From: a bacterium
Lineage (GTDB): Bacteria > SAR324 > NAC60-12
Assembly: GCA_965209155.1 (NCBI GenBank)
Contig: OZ242383.1
Span: 3,488,001 to 3,552,000 of the forward strand
Direction of reading: 5' to 3'
Length of the DNA stretch: 64,000 bases
Shown here: positions 42,902 through 52,585 of the stretch, in pieces
Layout: every line of letters starts with the position of its first letter
Numbering within the stretch: position 1 is the first letter of the stretch
Notes under the pieces: model-generated
Told to the model about the DNA's origin: nothing
Database searches by the model: none
What the model saw: only the letters and a program-made list of their open reading frames with translations
Translations under genes and position numbers: made by a program

Positions 42902-43921
42902 TCAATCCGCATTGGATCGATGCTCCGGTTTTAAGCGAAATCGAACAAAGGCCAGGGCCAGTATCATCAGTGCCAGGAACAAACCAACGCCAATCACGCC
43001 ATAGACCATTTGATTGACGGGTACGGCATTGATATGGATGACCAAAAGAGGCTCATTCAATGTGTTCATTTTCCAGGAATCCATCTGCAATTCTCCCAAT
43101 GATTCTTCCTGCAAATACGTAAGTTGAAGAGATTCTAACTGGAGTTGACGTACCGGAGTCAGGACTCTTCCTGCTTTCAAGACGTGGTGGTATTGCCTTT
43201 GTAGTTTATAGCTTCCCAGGAGAACAGGAAGGTTATAGCGGAATATGAGCGTGGTTTCTCCTTGAGCGAACAAGCGATGGAATTGCAATTGCGTGCCCGT
43301 GATTTCATGGATGCGCTCGGACTCGGAAGCATGGTGAAGCAGTTCGAATTGAGTGAATGATTCCGGTAAATTAAAAATTAAGGGATGCCTGCTCGTGTCG
43401 ATGTTGGCTTCGGTGGGGTTGGTCACGGTCAGGACTTCGGTGACCTGCAAGTGCCCCAATCCCGCATCGATGAACAAGGCTGCGTTGGTCACTTCCAATT
43501 TTTCTGTCGTTTCAGAGACCCTGGGAATGACAAGATGGATATTGGCTTCAGTTTGTCCTGGTGTGAGAAAAAAAAATTCCGAGGATACCAGGTTCCCGGT
43601 AAAACGGCTGCCGATGCGATAGGCGGAATCGAGTGAAAGAAGTATGGGTTCGAATTCGAATTTTCCGGAATCTGTGGTTTGGATCCGGGCGACGGGGCCA
43701 TCGGTACTTAGTTCTCCCTGGTCGTTGAGTATGAATTTCAGCAAAACGACTGGAAGGCCATCTTTTGGAATTTTTTCGTCACCAGGTGGAAAAACCTGTC
43801 CCCGAATGACTACCATTTCCTCTGCAGCGACGTTTCCATAATTCATTACTCCCAAAAGGAGGAATAAACAAAAAATAAAATATTTACGCATACAGAAAAA
43901 AAAGCAGGAAAGGAGAATCAT
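42902..43921 (-). CDS. Hypothetical exported protein with C-terminal membrane anchor
   Basis: Signal peptide, beta-rich body, C-terminal TM and basic tail; ATGA overlap with moaE. Confidence 0.7.
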   Translation of the reverse strand: MILLSCFFFCMRKYFIFCLFLLLGVMNYGNVAAEEMVVIRGQVFPPGDEKIPKDGLPVVLLKFILNDQGELSTDGPVARIQTTDSGKFEFEPILLSLDSAYRIGSRFTGNLVSSEFFFLTPGQTEANIHLVIPRVSETTEKLEVTNAALFIDAGLGHLQVTEVLTVTNPTEANIDTSRHPLIFNLPESFTQFELLHHASESERIHEITGTQLQFHRLFAQGETTLIFRYNLPVLLGSYKLQRQYHHVLKAGRVLTPVRQLQLESLQLTYLQEESLGELQMDSWKMNTLNEPLLVIHINAVPVNQMVYGVIGVGLFLALMILALAFVRFRLKPEHRSNAD

Positions 43922-44388
43922 GCAGACTGGAGATTCACTGGGGAATGATCGTGCTCGAGTTCATGGATGTTGCATGCTTCGCATCCTTTACTCCATTCAG
44001 AGGTACCATCAATGAAATGTTCTTTTTTCCAAATCGGGACACTGTGTTTAATCGTATCAATGATAAAACGGCTGGCGCTGTAGCCGTCTTTTCGGTGCGA
44101 AGTAGCGACGGCAATGGCAATGGAGCATTCTGAAACACGCATGTGCCCCAGACGGTGAATCACTTCCACATAATGCAACTCCCAGCGCCTGCGGGCTTCC
44201 TTAACCGTTTCGTCGATCTGTTTGAGCGCCATACTTTCTTTCGCTTCGTACTCAAGGGCAATCACTGATTTGCCTTCGCTATGGTTACGAATGTCGCCAC
44301 AAAACAAGAGCATCGCCCCTGCCTGGGGATGATGGGCTCGGGATTGCATTGCATTGAGGTCTATTGGATCACGTGTGATGGCATTCAT
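43918..44388 (-). CDS. moaE: Molybdopterin synthase catalytic subunit
   Basis: LEYEA, HRLG, SHRK and VPIWKKE motifs. Confidence 0.93.
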   Translation of the reverse strand: MNAITRDPIDLNAMQSRAHHPQAGAMLLFCGDIRNHSEGKSVIALEYEAKESMALKQIDETVKEARRRWELHYVEVIHRLGHMRVSECSIAIAVATSHRKDGYSASRFIIDTIKHSVPIWKKEHFIDGTSEWSKGCEACNIHELEHDHSPVNLQSA

Positions 44389-44511
44389 TCAGTCCCACTA
44401 TTTTTAAGAGTCATTGAAAAACAGGTTTGATTCTTCTCGAACGCAGGTGACATCTACTATAAATTACATTATTATCTGGAGAATTAAAATCTATTTTTCA
44501 AGGAAACGCGC

Positions 44512-46314
44512 ATGATTCGGGACACTATTGCCGTTCTTGATTTTGGTAGCCAATATGCTCACCTGATTGCCAAACGGATCCGGCATTTGGGGATATATAC
44601 GGAAATTTACTCTCCTGTGACTGCGGCATCCCACCTGCGATCAATGAAGGGCATTGTCCTTTCCGGAGGACCCGCATCAGTTTTTGCCGAGGATGTTCCT
44701 GCATTCAATGAAAATATTTTGTCATTGGATTTACCAATCCTGGGTCTCTGTTACGGACATCAATTGATTGCCCAATGCTTCGGGGGCACCATTCGGAATA
44801 CGGGATCCGGAGAATTTGGAAAAACTTTTTTTGAGGCAAACGCCTCTTCTCCACTTTGGGCAGATCTTAGTTTTCCTTCCCTGGTATGGATGAGCCACCA
44901 AGACAGCGTGACAATCCCTCCTCCGGAATTCACCGTCATCGGCCATACCGCCAGGTGCCCCATAGTGGCACTTCAGCATAATACACGACCGATTTATACC
45001 CTGCAATTTCACCCTGAAGTAAAAGATACGAATCATGGGGAACAAATCCTGGACAATTTTATCAAACTATGCGGGGCTCGAAAGAGTTGGTCCATGGATT
45101 GTTTTATACGAGACATCATTTCAGAAATTCGGGATACGGTTGGCACTCGCAAAGTATTGACGTTTATCAGCGGCGGGGTCGATTCTTCGGTGACCTTAGC
45201 CTTGTTGAACAAAGCTCTCGGCAAAGAACGAGTTTTGGGGCTTTTCATCGACAATGGTTTTCTGCGTAAAAATGAAGCAGAAATTATTTTGAGTCGTTAC
45301 CATCAACTCGGATTCGACAATGTACGTTTCCGGGATGCCAGTGAAGATTTCCTCGAGGCTTTGCAAGGGCAGGTGGATCCGCAGAAAAAAAGACAAAACG
45401 TGGGCGCCATGTTCGTTCAAATCCGGAACCAGTTTCTCCGGAACCTGAACCTCGATCCCACCGAATGGATGCTCGGACAAGGCACCCTTTATCCTGATAT
45501 CATCGAATCCGGAGGAACCAAACATTCTCGGGTGATTAAATCCCATCACAATCGTGTTCAAGAAATCGAAGATTTGCAGGCAAAAGGACAAGTTTTGGAA
45601 CCTTTGAAAGAATTATACAAAGATGAAGTGCGCGAAATCGCTCAACTCCTGGGTTTGTCCGACTCGATCGTCTGGCGACATCCCTTTCCGGGTCCAGGCC
45701 TGTCAATCAATGTAATTTGCGCCCATGGAGATGAAGTTTATGGGAACACGGCATCCCTTAGAGATACGCTGAACAGGGTCATTGCGCCTTCTGAATATCG
45801 AGCGGATCTCCTTCCCGTACGCTCCGTGGGCGTGCAGGGTGACCAGCGGACTTATGCTTTTCCTGCCGTTTTAAGCGGACCTTTGGATTGGAATTTGCTG
45901 GAACGAACATCTATTCAAATTACCAATGAAGTGAGAGCCATCAATCGCGTCGTCGTGCTTCTCACTCCTTCCCGAATGCCTCTTTTGAAAATCAGAAAAG
46001 CTTATTGCACTAAAGAACGATTGGACCTCTTGCGCGAAGCAGACGCCATTGCCACTCGAACTTTTATAGCAAAAGGTCTCATGCGGAAAATCTTCCAACT
46101 TCTGGTAATTATTTTGCCCCTCTCCGAAAACGATACAGGCCATTGTATTGTCCTGCGCCCTGTTTGTTCCGAAGATGTGATGACCGCTCAATTTGCCAGG
46201 GTCGATTGGAAGACCCTCGAACTCATTGCAGGTCAGATTCTGCGCTTAGCCGGAGTTGAAGCGGTTTTTTACGATGTGACCCACAAGCCTCCTGCGACAA
46301 TTGGCTGGGAATGA
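44512..46314 (+). CDS. guaA: GMP synthase (glutamine-hydrolysing), long form
   Basis: LDFGSQY, GLCYGHQ, QFHPE, SGGVDS, IKSHHN, HPFPGPG and KPPATIGWE motifs. Confidence 0.96.
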   Translation: MIRDTIAVLDFGSQYAHLIAKRIRHLGIYTEIYSPVTAASHLRSMKGIVLSGGPASVFAEDVPAFNENILSLDLPILGLCYGHQLIAQCFGGTIRNTGSGEFGKTFFEANASSPLWADLSFPSLVWMSHQDSVTIPPPEFTVIGHTARCPIVALQHNTRPIYTLQFHPEVKDTNHGEQILDNFIKLCGARKSWSMDCFIRDIISEIRDTVGTRKVLTFISGGVDSSVTLALLNKALGKERVLGLFIDNGFLRKNEAEIILSRYHQLGFDNVRFRDASEDFLEALQGQVDPQKKRQNVGAMFVQIRNQFLRNLNLDPTEWMLGQGTLYPDIIESGGTKHSRVIKSHHNRVQEIEDLQAKGQVLEPLKELYKDEVREIAQLLGLSDSIVWRHPFPGPGLSINVICAHGDEVYGNTASLRDTLNRVIAPSEYRADLLPVRSVGVQGDQRTYAFPAVLSGPLDWNLLERTSIQITNEVRAINRVVVLLTPSRMPLLKIRKAYCTKERLDLLREADAIATRTFIAKGLMRKIFQLLVIILPLSENDTGHCIVLRPVCSEDVMTAQFARVDWKTLELIAGQILRLAGVEAVFYDVTHKPPATIGWE

Positions 46315-46472
46315 TCACTATTGATGACTGGATTATGAAAAAGTGGTAAAAAATTCAACAGGGTGATCTTGTTGATAAATTTTAATTTTGATAGGCTGAA
46401 AATCTACCGAAATTGCAAAAGTCAATCTTGCAATTATATTCTACAAACTGAAAAAGCTCGAGGATTGAAACC

Positions 46473-46685
46473 ATGGATATACAGGATTTTAATAAAGAAG
46501 AACTCATCAAAAAATACAAAACCAACCTGGTCATAAAAAGTGGTACGATCGTAGTTTTTTTGCTGTTAGCCTACATGCTGCCAGGAGGATTCCTCAATTT
46601 TCTTTTTGCGCTTGCTGGCTTGGGTTTGGGCTATCTGGCTTACAACGACCATGTTGAAAATGTCGATGAACTCGATTCCCAATAG
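46473..46685 (+). CDS. Small two-TM membrane protein
   Basis: RBS GAGG and two hydrophobic spans; the last base of its stop codon comes from element copy 4. Confidence 0.6.
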   Translation: MDIQDFNKEELIKKYKTNLVIKSGTIVVFLLLAYMLPGGFLNFLFALAGLGLGYLAYNDHVENVDELDSQ

Positions 46686-47250
46686 TCATCACCACCGGCA
46701 GAGCCGGTGGCTTGAAGAGGCCCCCCAGTATGAGGGCAAAACGTATTCGTCATCGTAAGACGTGCTCGTGCTCGTGAACGAAAAAGGCTGCCATGTTAGA
46801 TCATGAAAAACTCGATGTATACCAATGTTCCATCGAATTTTTAGCGTTATCTGTCCAAGTCATCGAAACATTGCCAAAAGGATACTCAGCCTTAGTTGAC
46901 CAACTGAAAAGGGCCTCATGGTCGATTCCTCTCAATATCGCAGAAGGCTGTGGAAAAAATTCTTTTTTCCTGACAAGCAACGATTCTATGCATTTGCCCG
47001 AGGTTTTTCCAATGGAATGCGCTGCTATTCTCGATGTTTTAAACGTGTTGAAGATCATCCAGCCTCCTTTATTTGACGAAGGGAAACAGTTACTTCAACG
47101 CATTGTTTCTATGTTAACCAAAATGTGCCGTCGAATTCACTGACCGTTCACGAGCACGAGCACGGCTAACGGACACGGATACGTTTCTCATGTCTGACCG
47201 GCAAAGCCTATTAGGTTCGCACCAGCAGAGCTGGTGGTTTCATGAGATTA
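46685..47250 (-). mobile_element. Non-autonomous IS200/IS605-ended four-helix-bundle element, copy 4 (566 bp, reverse orientation)
   Basis: GTCA at 46685 (TGAC on minus); target ATTA at 47251-47254 (TAAT on minus); 20-bp IRs at 46761-46780 and 47145-47164. Confidence 0.92.
46793..47143 (+). CDS. Four-helix-bundle protein with compensating +2/+1 indels (possibly non-functional)
   Basis: Conserved RFYA.ARGSA is replaced by FLTSNDSMHLPEVFP between two T-run indels. Confidence 0.75.
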   Translation: MLDHEKLDVYQCSIEFLALSVQVIETLPKGYSALVDQLKRASWSIPLNIAEGCGKNSFFLTSNDSMHLPEVFPMECAAILDVLNVLKIIQPPLFDEGKQLLQRIVSMLTKMCRRIH

Positions 47251-47441
47251 ATTACCAGGGGGTTGCATGGTCAACAGTACCTGACTCGATTGAGTACGAT
47301 TTTTCTGTTGTTTTTCAGAAGAATCAGTATTTTTTATGATTTGAAAATATCTCAAAAAGGGATCATTCGAATGTCCGCATTTAGAAATTATATCCGCATC
47401 CTGCATTCGGAAGAATCCGCCGTTCCAGTGAAGGAGAAGAA

Positions 47442-47840
47442 ATGAGGGAAGTCGTCCCGAACCTGTTGTACACCAAGGAGCACGAGTGGATTCGTATTGA
47501 TGGAAATTCTTGTACTGTGGGCATCACGGACTATGCCCAACATTTACTGGGAGATGTGGTTTACGTGGAATTGCCTTTGGTGGACGATGAAATAGACGCC
47601 AGCGATGAATTTGGCACAATTGAATCCGTAAAAGCGGTTTCTTCCTTATTCATGCCCATGTCTGGAAAAATTATCGAAGTCAACACCACTTTGGAAGATG
47701 AACCGGAAATCATCAATGATGACTGTTATGGAGAAGGCTGGTTGATCCGTATGCATGCTTCCAACTTAAACGAGCATGAATCCTTGCTCACTTCAGAAGA
47801 GTACGAAACTTTTTTAATAGAAGAAGAACCTGGTTCTTGA
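47442..47840 (+). CDS. gcvH: Glycine cleavage system H protein
   Basis: YTKEHEW, GITDYAQ, lipoyl site ESVKA and YGEGW motifs. Confidence 0.95.
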   Translation: MREVVPNLLYTKEHEWIRIDGNSCTVGITDYAQHLLGDVVYVELPLVDDEIDASDEFGTIESVKAVSSLFMPMSGKIIEVNTTLEDEPEIINDDCYGEGWLIRMHASNLNEHESLLTSEEYETFLIEEEPGS

Positions 47841-47888
47841 ATAGCTCACTCAGATTGTTTACTACCCTTTCTGAACTCCCTGGTTTTC

Positions 47889-49037
47889 TCAATCAGGCCG
47901 GGGTAAACAGCGCATCAGGCGAGCGACTCGTTCTCCGGTTTGTCGCATCAAGCGCCCCCCTTCCCGGATTGACTCTGCCAGTGTGAGAGGCGTGCAAAGC
48001 AGTGGCATGGTGGCGCTGATATGTTCTTTATGCAAAAGGGGGAGGTCTTCCTGCGCAATTGATCCTCCTATTGCCAAAAGCGGAATTTGGTATCGTCTTG
48101 CCACCCTGGCAACACCTGCAATCGTTTTCCCTCGAATTGTCTGGGAATCGATACGGCCTTCCCCGGTGACAATCAAATCCGTATGGCGAGCCGATTGTTC
48201 AAATCCCACATGCTCCATAACGATGCGGATACCGCTTTTCAGTTCCGCATTCAAAAGAGCGGAAAACATTCCACCCAATCCACCCGCCGCACCGGCCCCG
48301 GGAAGGTTTGAAACGTCTTGTCCCAAATCTCGCAGGATCACCTCTGCCAAATTCGACATTCCCGCTTCCAGGTGTTCGATCATTTCTGTTGTGGCCCCTT
48401 TTTGGGGTCCGAATATTCGCGCCGCTCCTTGAGGTCCAATCCAAGGGTTGTCGACGTCGCAGGCAATCGTGAATTGGATTTTGTTCAATTCAAAAATGAG
48501 TGATTTCGCGCAAATACGGCCGATGCGGGACAGGTCTTTACCTGCCAGTTTCTTTTCCAAAAGAATTCCATCTTTATCAAAAAACTGTATTCCCAGGGCT
48601 TGAGCCATCCCTGTTCCTCCGTCCACCGTGGCGCTGCCTCCAATTCCTATATATAAATGGCTGGCCCCCTCCTCAATCGCTGCTTTGATCAATTCACCCG
48701 TACCATAGGAGGTAGTCGTCAGTGGATTTCTCTGGTGAGGAGGAACCAGTTCCAATCCCGATGCGGCTGCCATTTCAACGACTGCTTCTTTTTTATCTCG
48801 AATTAATCCGAAGGACGCTTGAACCATTGAACCCAAAGGGCCTGTCACCTGACGATTTTGTATGCCCCCCTGTTGAAAAACCAATGCTTCTACAAACCCT
48901 TCACCTCCATCGGAAAGCGCAACCGTCACAATCTGAGCATTGGGGAAAATCGTTTCGAATCCCTCTTGAAAATATTGGGCTGCTTCGAGACTGCTCAAGG
49001 ACTCCTTGAATGAGTCGAAAGCCAATAATATTTTCAT
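47889..49037 (-). CDS. Glycerate kinase (GlxK/GarK family)
   Basis: DSFKESL, SDGGEG, GGSATVDGG, GAGAAGG and TGEGRID motifs. Confidence 0.93.
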   Translation of the reverse strand: MKILLAFDSFKESLSSLEAAQYFQEGFETIFPNAQIVTVALSDGGEGFVEALVFQQGGIQNRQVTGPLGSMVQASFGLIRDKKEAVVEMAAASGLELVPPHQRNPLTTTSYGTGELIKAAIEEGASHLYIGIGGSATVDGGTGMAQALGIQFFDKDGILLEKKLAGKDLSRIGRICAKSLIFELNKIQFTIACDVDNPWIGPQGAARIFGPQKGATTEMIEHLEAGMSNLAEVILRDLGQDVSNLPGAGAAGGLGGMFSALLNAELKSGIRIVMEHVGFEQSARHTDLIVTGEGRIDSQTIRGKTIAGVARVARRYQIPLLAIGGSIAQEDLPLLHKEHISATMPLLCTPLTLAESIREGGRLMRQTGERVARLMRCLPRPD

Positions 49038-49054
49038 AGAAGCGTCAAATGTGG

Positions 49055-50986
49055 TTAAGGTTGGTTGGTGAGCAATTGTTCCACCACGGAAGGGTCGGCA
49101 AGAGTGGAAATATCTCCGACGTTGTCAGAGTCTCCTTCTGCAATTTTTCTTAAAATCCGCCGCATGATTTTGCCGCTTCGGGTTTTAGGGAGTCCCGGTG
49201 CCCAGTGTAAGATATCTATTGTTGCGATCGGTCCTATTTCGTGACGCACAAGCGCAATGAGTTCTTTTTTGAGTGCTTCACTCTCCGCAGCGCCAGTGTT
49301 GAGAGTCACATAGGCATACAATCCTTGTCCTTTGATATCATGGGGGAATCCCACAACGGCGGCTTCGGCGACATCTTCGTGGAGTACCAGGGCGGATTCC
49401 ACTTCCGCAGTGCCCAGACGATGTCCGGATACGTTGATCACGTCGTCGACTCTCCCGGTGATCCAGTAATACCCGTCTTCATCACGGCGGCAACCATCTC
49501 CCGTGAAATAATATCCAGGGTATTGACTGAAATAAGTCTCATAAAACCGTTTCTGGTCTCCATAGACACCCCTCATTTGACCGGGCCAGGGTGCTTTGAT
49601 GCATAGATTTCCGGATCCTGGTCCCTCTATTTCTTTTCCTTCATTATCCAATAATGCGGGTTGTATACTGAAAAAGGGCCTCGTGGCGGAACCGGGCTTG
49701 GTTTTAGTTGCGCCTGGCAAGGGAGTGATCAGGATTCCCCCGGTTTCAGTCTGCCACCAAGTATCCACAATCGGACATTTCCCTTTCCCTACGACATTAT
49801 GGTACCACAACCAGGCCTCCGGATTTATTGGCTCTCCCACTGTTCCCAGTAAGCGGAGTGAACCGAGGTCTCTTTTTTTCACGTTCTCGTCTCCTTCTTT
49901 GGCAATGGCGCGAATTGCGGTAGGAGCGGTATAAAATATATTGACCTGGTGTTTGTCGACAATATCCCAGAATCGTCCCCAATCCGGATAATTGGGCACT
50001 CCTTCATACATAAGAGTCGTTGCTCCATTAGCCAACGGGCCGTAAACGATATAACTGTGTCCGGTGACCCAACCGATATCAGCGGTACACCAATAGGTCT
50101 CGCCATCCTGGTAATTGAAGACATACTCATGGGTCATTGACGTATAGGTGAGGTAGCCCCCGGAAGTGTGCAAAACTCCTTTGGGTTTGCCTGTAGAGCC
50201 GGAGGTGTAGAGGATGAATAAGGGATCTTCGGCATCCATTTCTTCTGCAGCGCAATCGTCATCGATATCCGGTGCCGTGGTTTCCTCATGCCACCAGAAA
50301 TCACGAGAGCTTTCCATAGGAACCATCTCTCCGGTTCGCTTGACAACCAGGCAAGTTTGTACTTGGGTTCCTTGCAAACCGGCATCCGCATTGGCTTTTA
50401 AAGGAACCGGTTTTTCTCCGCGAAAGCCCCCATCCGCCGTAATGAGTATTTTGGGATCACAATCCAGGATCCGGCTTTTCAAGGCCTCCGCGCTGAATCC
50501 ACCAAAGACTACGGAATGTATCGCTCCAATGCGGGCGCAGGCCAGTACGGAAAAAGCCAATTCCGGAATCATTGGAAGATATATCAATACCCGGTCCCCT
50601 TTTTGTACTCCATGTTTTTTCAGTACATTGGCTGCCCGGCAGACTTCACGATACAACTGTAAATAGGTGAAAGTTTTGCATTCGTGAGGATTATCCCCTT
50701 CCCATATCAATGCTGCGTGATTTTTTTTGGAAGTCAAATGACGATCAATACAATTGTAAGCGACATTCAATTTACCCCCAAGGAACCAGGCGATTTCCGC
50801 CTTGTGATAATCGTACTGACAAACTTTGCGCCACTTTTTGAACCAATGCAATCGTTCCGCATGTTTTGCCCAAAAATCTTCAGGATGGTTGAGGGATTCT
50901 TGATACATCTCGAGATATGTTTCATTGTCGATGAGCGCATTTTTTTTAAATGTTTCCGGAATATCAAAAAGCCTTGCAGTTTCCAT
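49055..50986 (-). CDS. acs: Acetyl-CoA synthetase
   Basis: [20 protein letters not shown] and [11 protein letters not shown] motifs. Confidence 0.97.
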   Translation of the reverse strand: METARLFDIPETFKKNALIDNETYLEMYQESLNHPEDFWAKHAERLHWFKKWRKVCQYDYHKAEIAWFLGGKLNVAYNCIDRHLTSKKNHAALIWEGDNPHECKTFTYLQLYREVCRAANVLKKHGVQKGDRVLIYLPMIPELAFSVLACARIGAIHSVVFGGFSAEALKSRILDCDPKILITADGGFRGEKPVPLKANADAGLQGTQVQTCLVVKRTGEMVPMESSRDFWWHEETTAPDIDDDCAAEEMDAEDPLFILYTSGSTGKPKGVLHTSGGYLTYTSMTHEYVFNYQDGETYWCTADIGWVTGHSYIVYGPLANGATTLMYEGVPNYPDWGRFWDIVDKHQVNIFYTAPTAIRAIAKEGDENVKKRDLGSLRLLGTVGEPINPEAWLWYHNVVGKGKCPIVDTWWQTETGGILITPLPGATKTKPGSATRPFFSIQPALLDNEGKEIEGPGSGNLCIKAPWPGQMRGVYGDQKRFYETYFSQYPGYYFTGDGCRRDEDGYYWITGRVDDVINVSGHRLGTAEVESALVLHEDVAEAAVVGFPHDIKGQGLYAYVTLNTGAAESEALKKELIALVRHEIGPIATIDILHWAPGLPKTRSGKIMRRILRKIAEGDSDNVGDISTLADPSVVEQLLTNQP

Positions 50987-51201
50987 AGAGTCTCCATTTG
51001 GAAAGATTGGGTCGCTTTTTTAAAGTCAATTCATTCGAAGGCCACTATACACGAATATCGTCAAAAAGTTAAATCAGGTCCCACAGGAAACTGGGAGATT
51101 GCGAATTGAGGCCATCAATACTAGAATCAACGCTATCGTTTCCGATGAATGTTAATCTTCCACCGACTGGTTAATCCTATTCATTTTATTTTCTTCAAAC
51201 C

Positions 51202-52425
51202 ATGCGTCGAATAACAGGAATCTTAGTGATCAGCATTTATATGCTTCCCGTTACGCTTTTTGCCACGGGATTGCAGGACAAATTATTGCCATACATCAAA
51301 AACGGTAGCGTCCTGGTTGCTGACGATCAATCCATCCTTTTCAGCTACCATGCCGAAACAATGCTGGTCCCTGCTTCGATCCTGAAATTGGCCACGGCAT
51401 TGGCCGCACTGCATTACCTGGGAGAGCATTATCATTACCAAACCGAATTTTATCTCAACAAGGAAAACGACCTGACGGTTCGTGGATATGGAGACCCTTT
51501 GTTGGTTTCAGAAGAACTTAAAACCATTGCCGTCAAATTGTCGCAGCAGGAGAGTCTGCCTCAAACCCTTCGTCATCTCAATCTGGATGCCTCCTCTTTC
51601 GCGCCGGATATTCGCATCCCGGGAGTTGAAAACTCCCTCAACCCTTATGACGCCTTGAATGGCGCCTTGGTGGCCAATTTCAACACTGCCTACGTGATGG
51701 TCGACAAGAACCGGAAAGTCAGGTCCGCAGAAGAGCAAACACCACTGATCCCTTTAACGCTTCAGCTGGCAAAAGGACTGGCTCCGGGCAAGCATCGCAT
51801 CAATATTTCTCAGCAAGGCGAATACGTTCTACCCTACCTGGGTGGATTGCTGAAAGAATTTTTATCCCAGCATGGTATTACGGTTTCTGGCCAGGTCGCT
51901 GCTCGCAGCATCACTCCTCGAGATCAGTTGATCCTCGTCTACCAAAATCCTCGCACTTTGCGCAATACCATTGAAAGCATGATGCTGTACTCCAATAATT
52001 TCATTGCCAACCAATTGCTTCTCACCATCGGATTGCAACAATTTGGAATGCCTGCGCGCCTGGATAGCGCAGTGCAATCTCTACAGGCTTTACTGGAAAA
52101 TGAACTGAATATTCCACCTGCTTGGTTCGAGCTGACGGAAGGATCGGGAATTTCTCGAAACAATCGCATCAATGCCCGGGCCATGTTGCAATTGCTGAAA
52201 GCCTTTCACCCTCATCGTCATCTCCTTGCCGAACACCAGGGTCTGCGATTAAAAACGGGTACCCTGAAAGGCGTATATACCATGGCTGGTTATCTTTCCA
52301 CACCATCCCACAGACGCTACTTTGTCATCATGCTCAATCAGAAACAAAACTTTCGTGACCGTATCCTTACGCTGCTGCGTCAAGAATTTTTAATTCAAAC
52401 TCCAACTGATAATCCCGAAATATAG
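51202..52425 (+). CDS. dacB: D-Ala-D-Ala carboxypeptidase/endopeptidase (peptidase S13, PBP4-like)
   Basis: PASILK (SxxK), SNN, EGSGISR and KTGTL motifs; signal peptide. Confidence 0.88.
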   Translation: MRRITGILVISIYMLPVTLFATGLQDKLLPYIKNGSVLVADDQSILFSYHAETMLVPASILKLATALAALHYLGEHYHYQTEFYLNKENDLTVRGYGDPLLVSEELKTIAVKLSQQESLPQTLRHLNLDASSFAPDIRIPGVENSLNPYDALNGALVANFNTAYVMVDKNRKVRSAEEQTPLIPLTLQLAKGLAPGKHRINISQQGEYVLPYLGGLLKEFLSQHGITVSGQVAARSITPRDQLILVYQNPRTLRNTIESMMLYSNNFIANQLLLTIGLQQFGMPARLDSAVQSLQALLENELNIPPAWFELTEGSGISRNNRINARAMLQLLKAFHPHRHLLAEHQGLRLKTGTLKGVYTMAGYLSTPSHRRYFVIMLNQKQNFRDRILTLLRQEFLIQTPTDNPEI

Positions 52426-52494
52426 AGCGCCCCCCCTGCCTCTGCGTCTCCTCTCCTCCTGCTAAAACTGACTATTGAAACTTGAATTTCCGCC

Positions 52495-52537
52495 TTGACG
52501 ATTTGTTAGCACTCATTCATAATGAGTGCTAACAAAT
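52495..52537 (+). promoter_or_regulatory. Promoter overlapped by CIRCE upstream of clpB
   Basis: TTGACG 52495-52500, 17 nt, CATAAT 52518-52523; TTAGCACTC-N9-GAGTGCTAA at 52506-52532. Confidence 0.93.
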
Positions 52538-52585
52538 TCGGAATAAGAAGAGTCACAATCAAGAGAGAGCATAAGGAGGAGCGAG

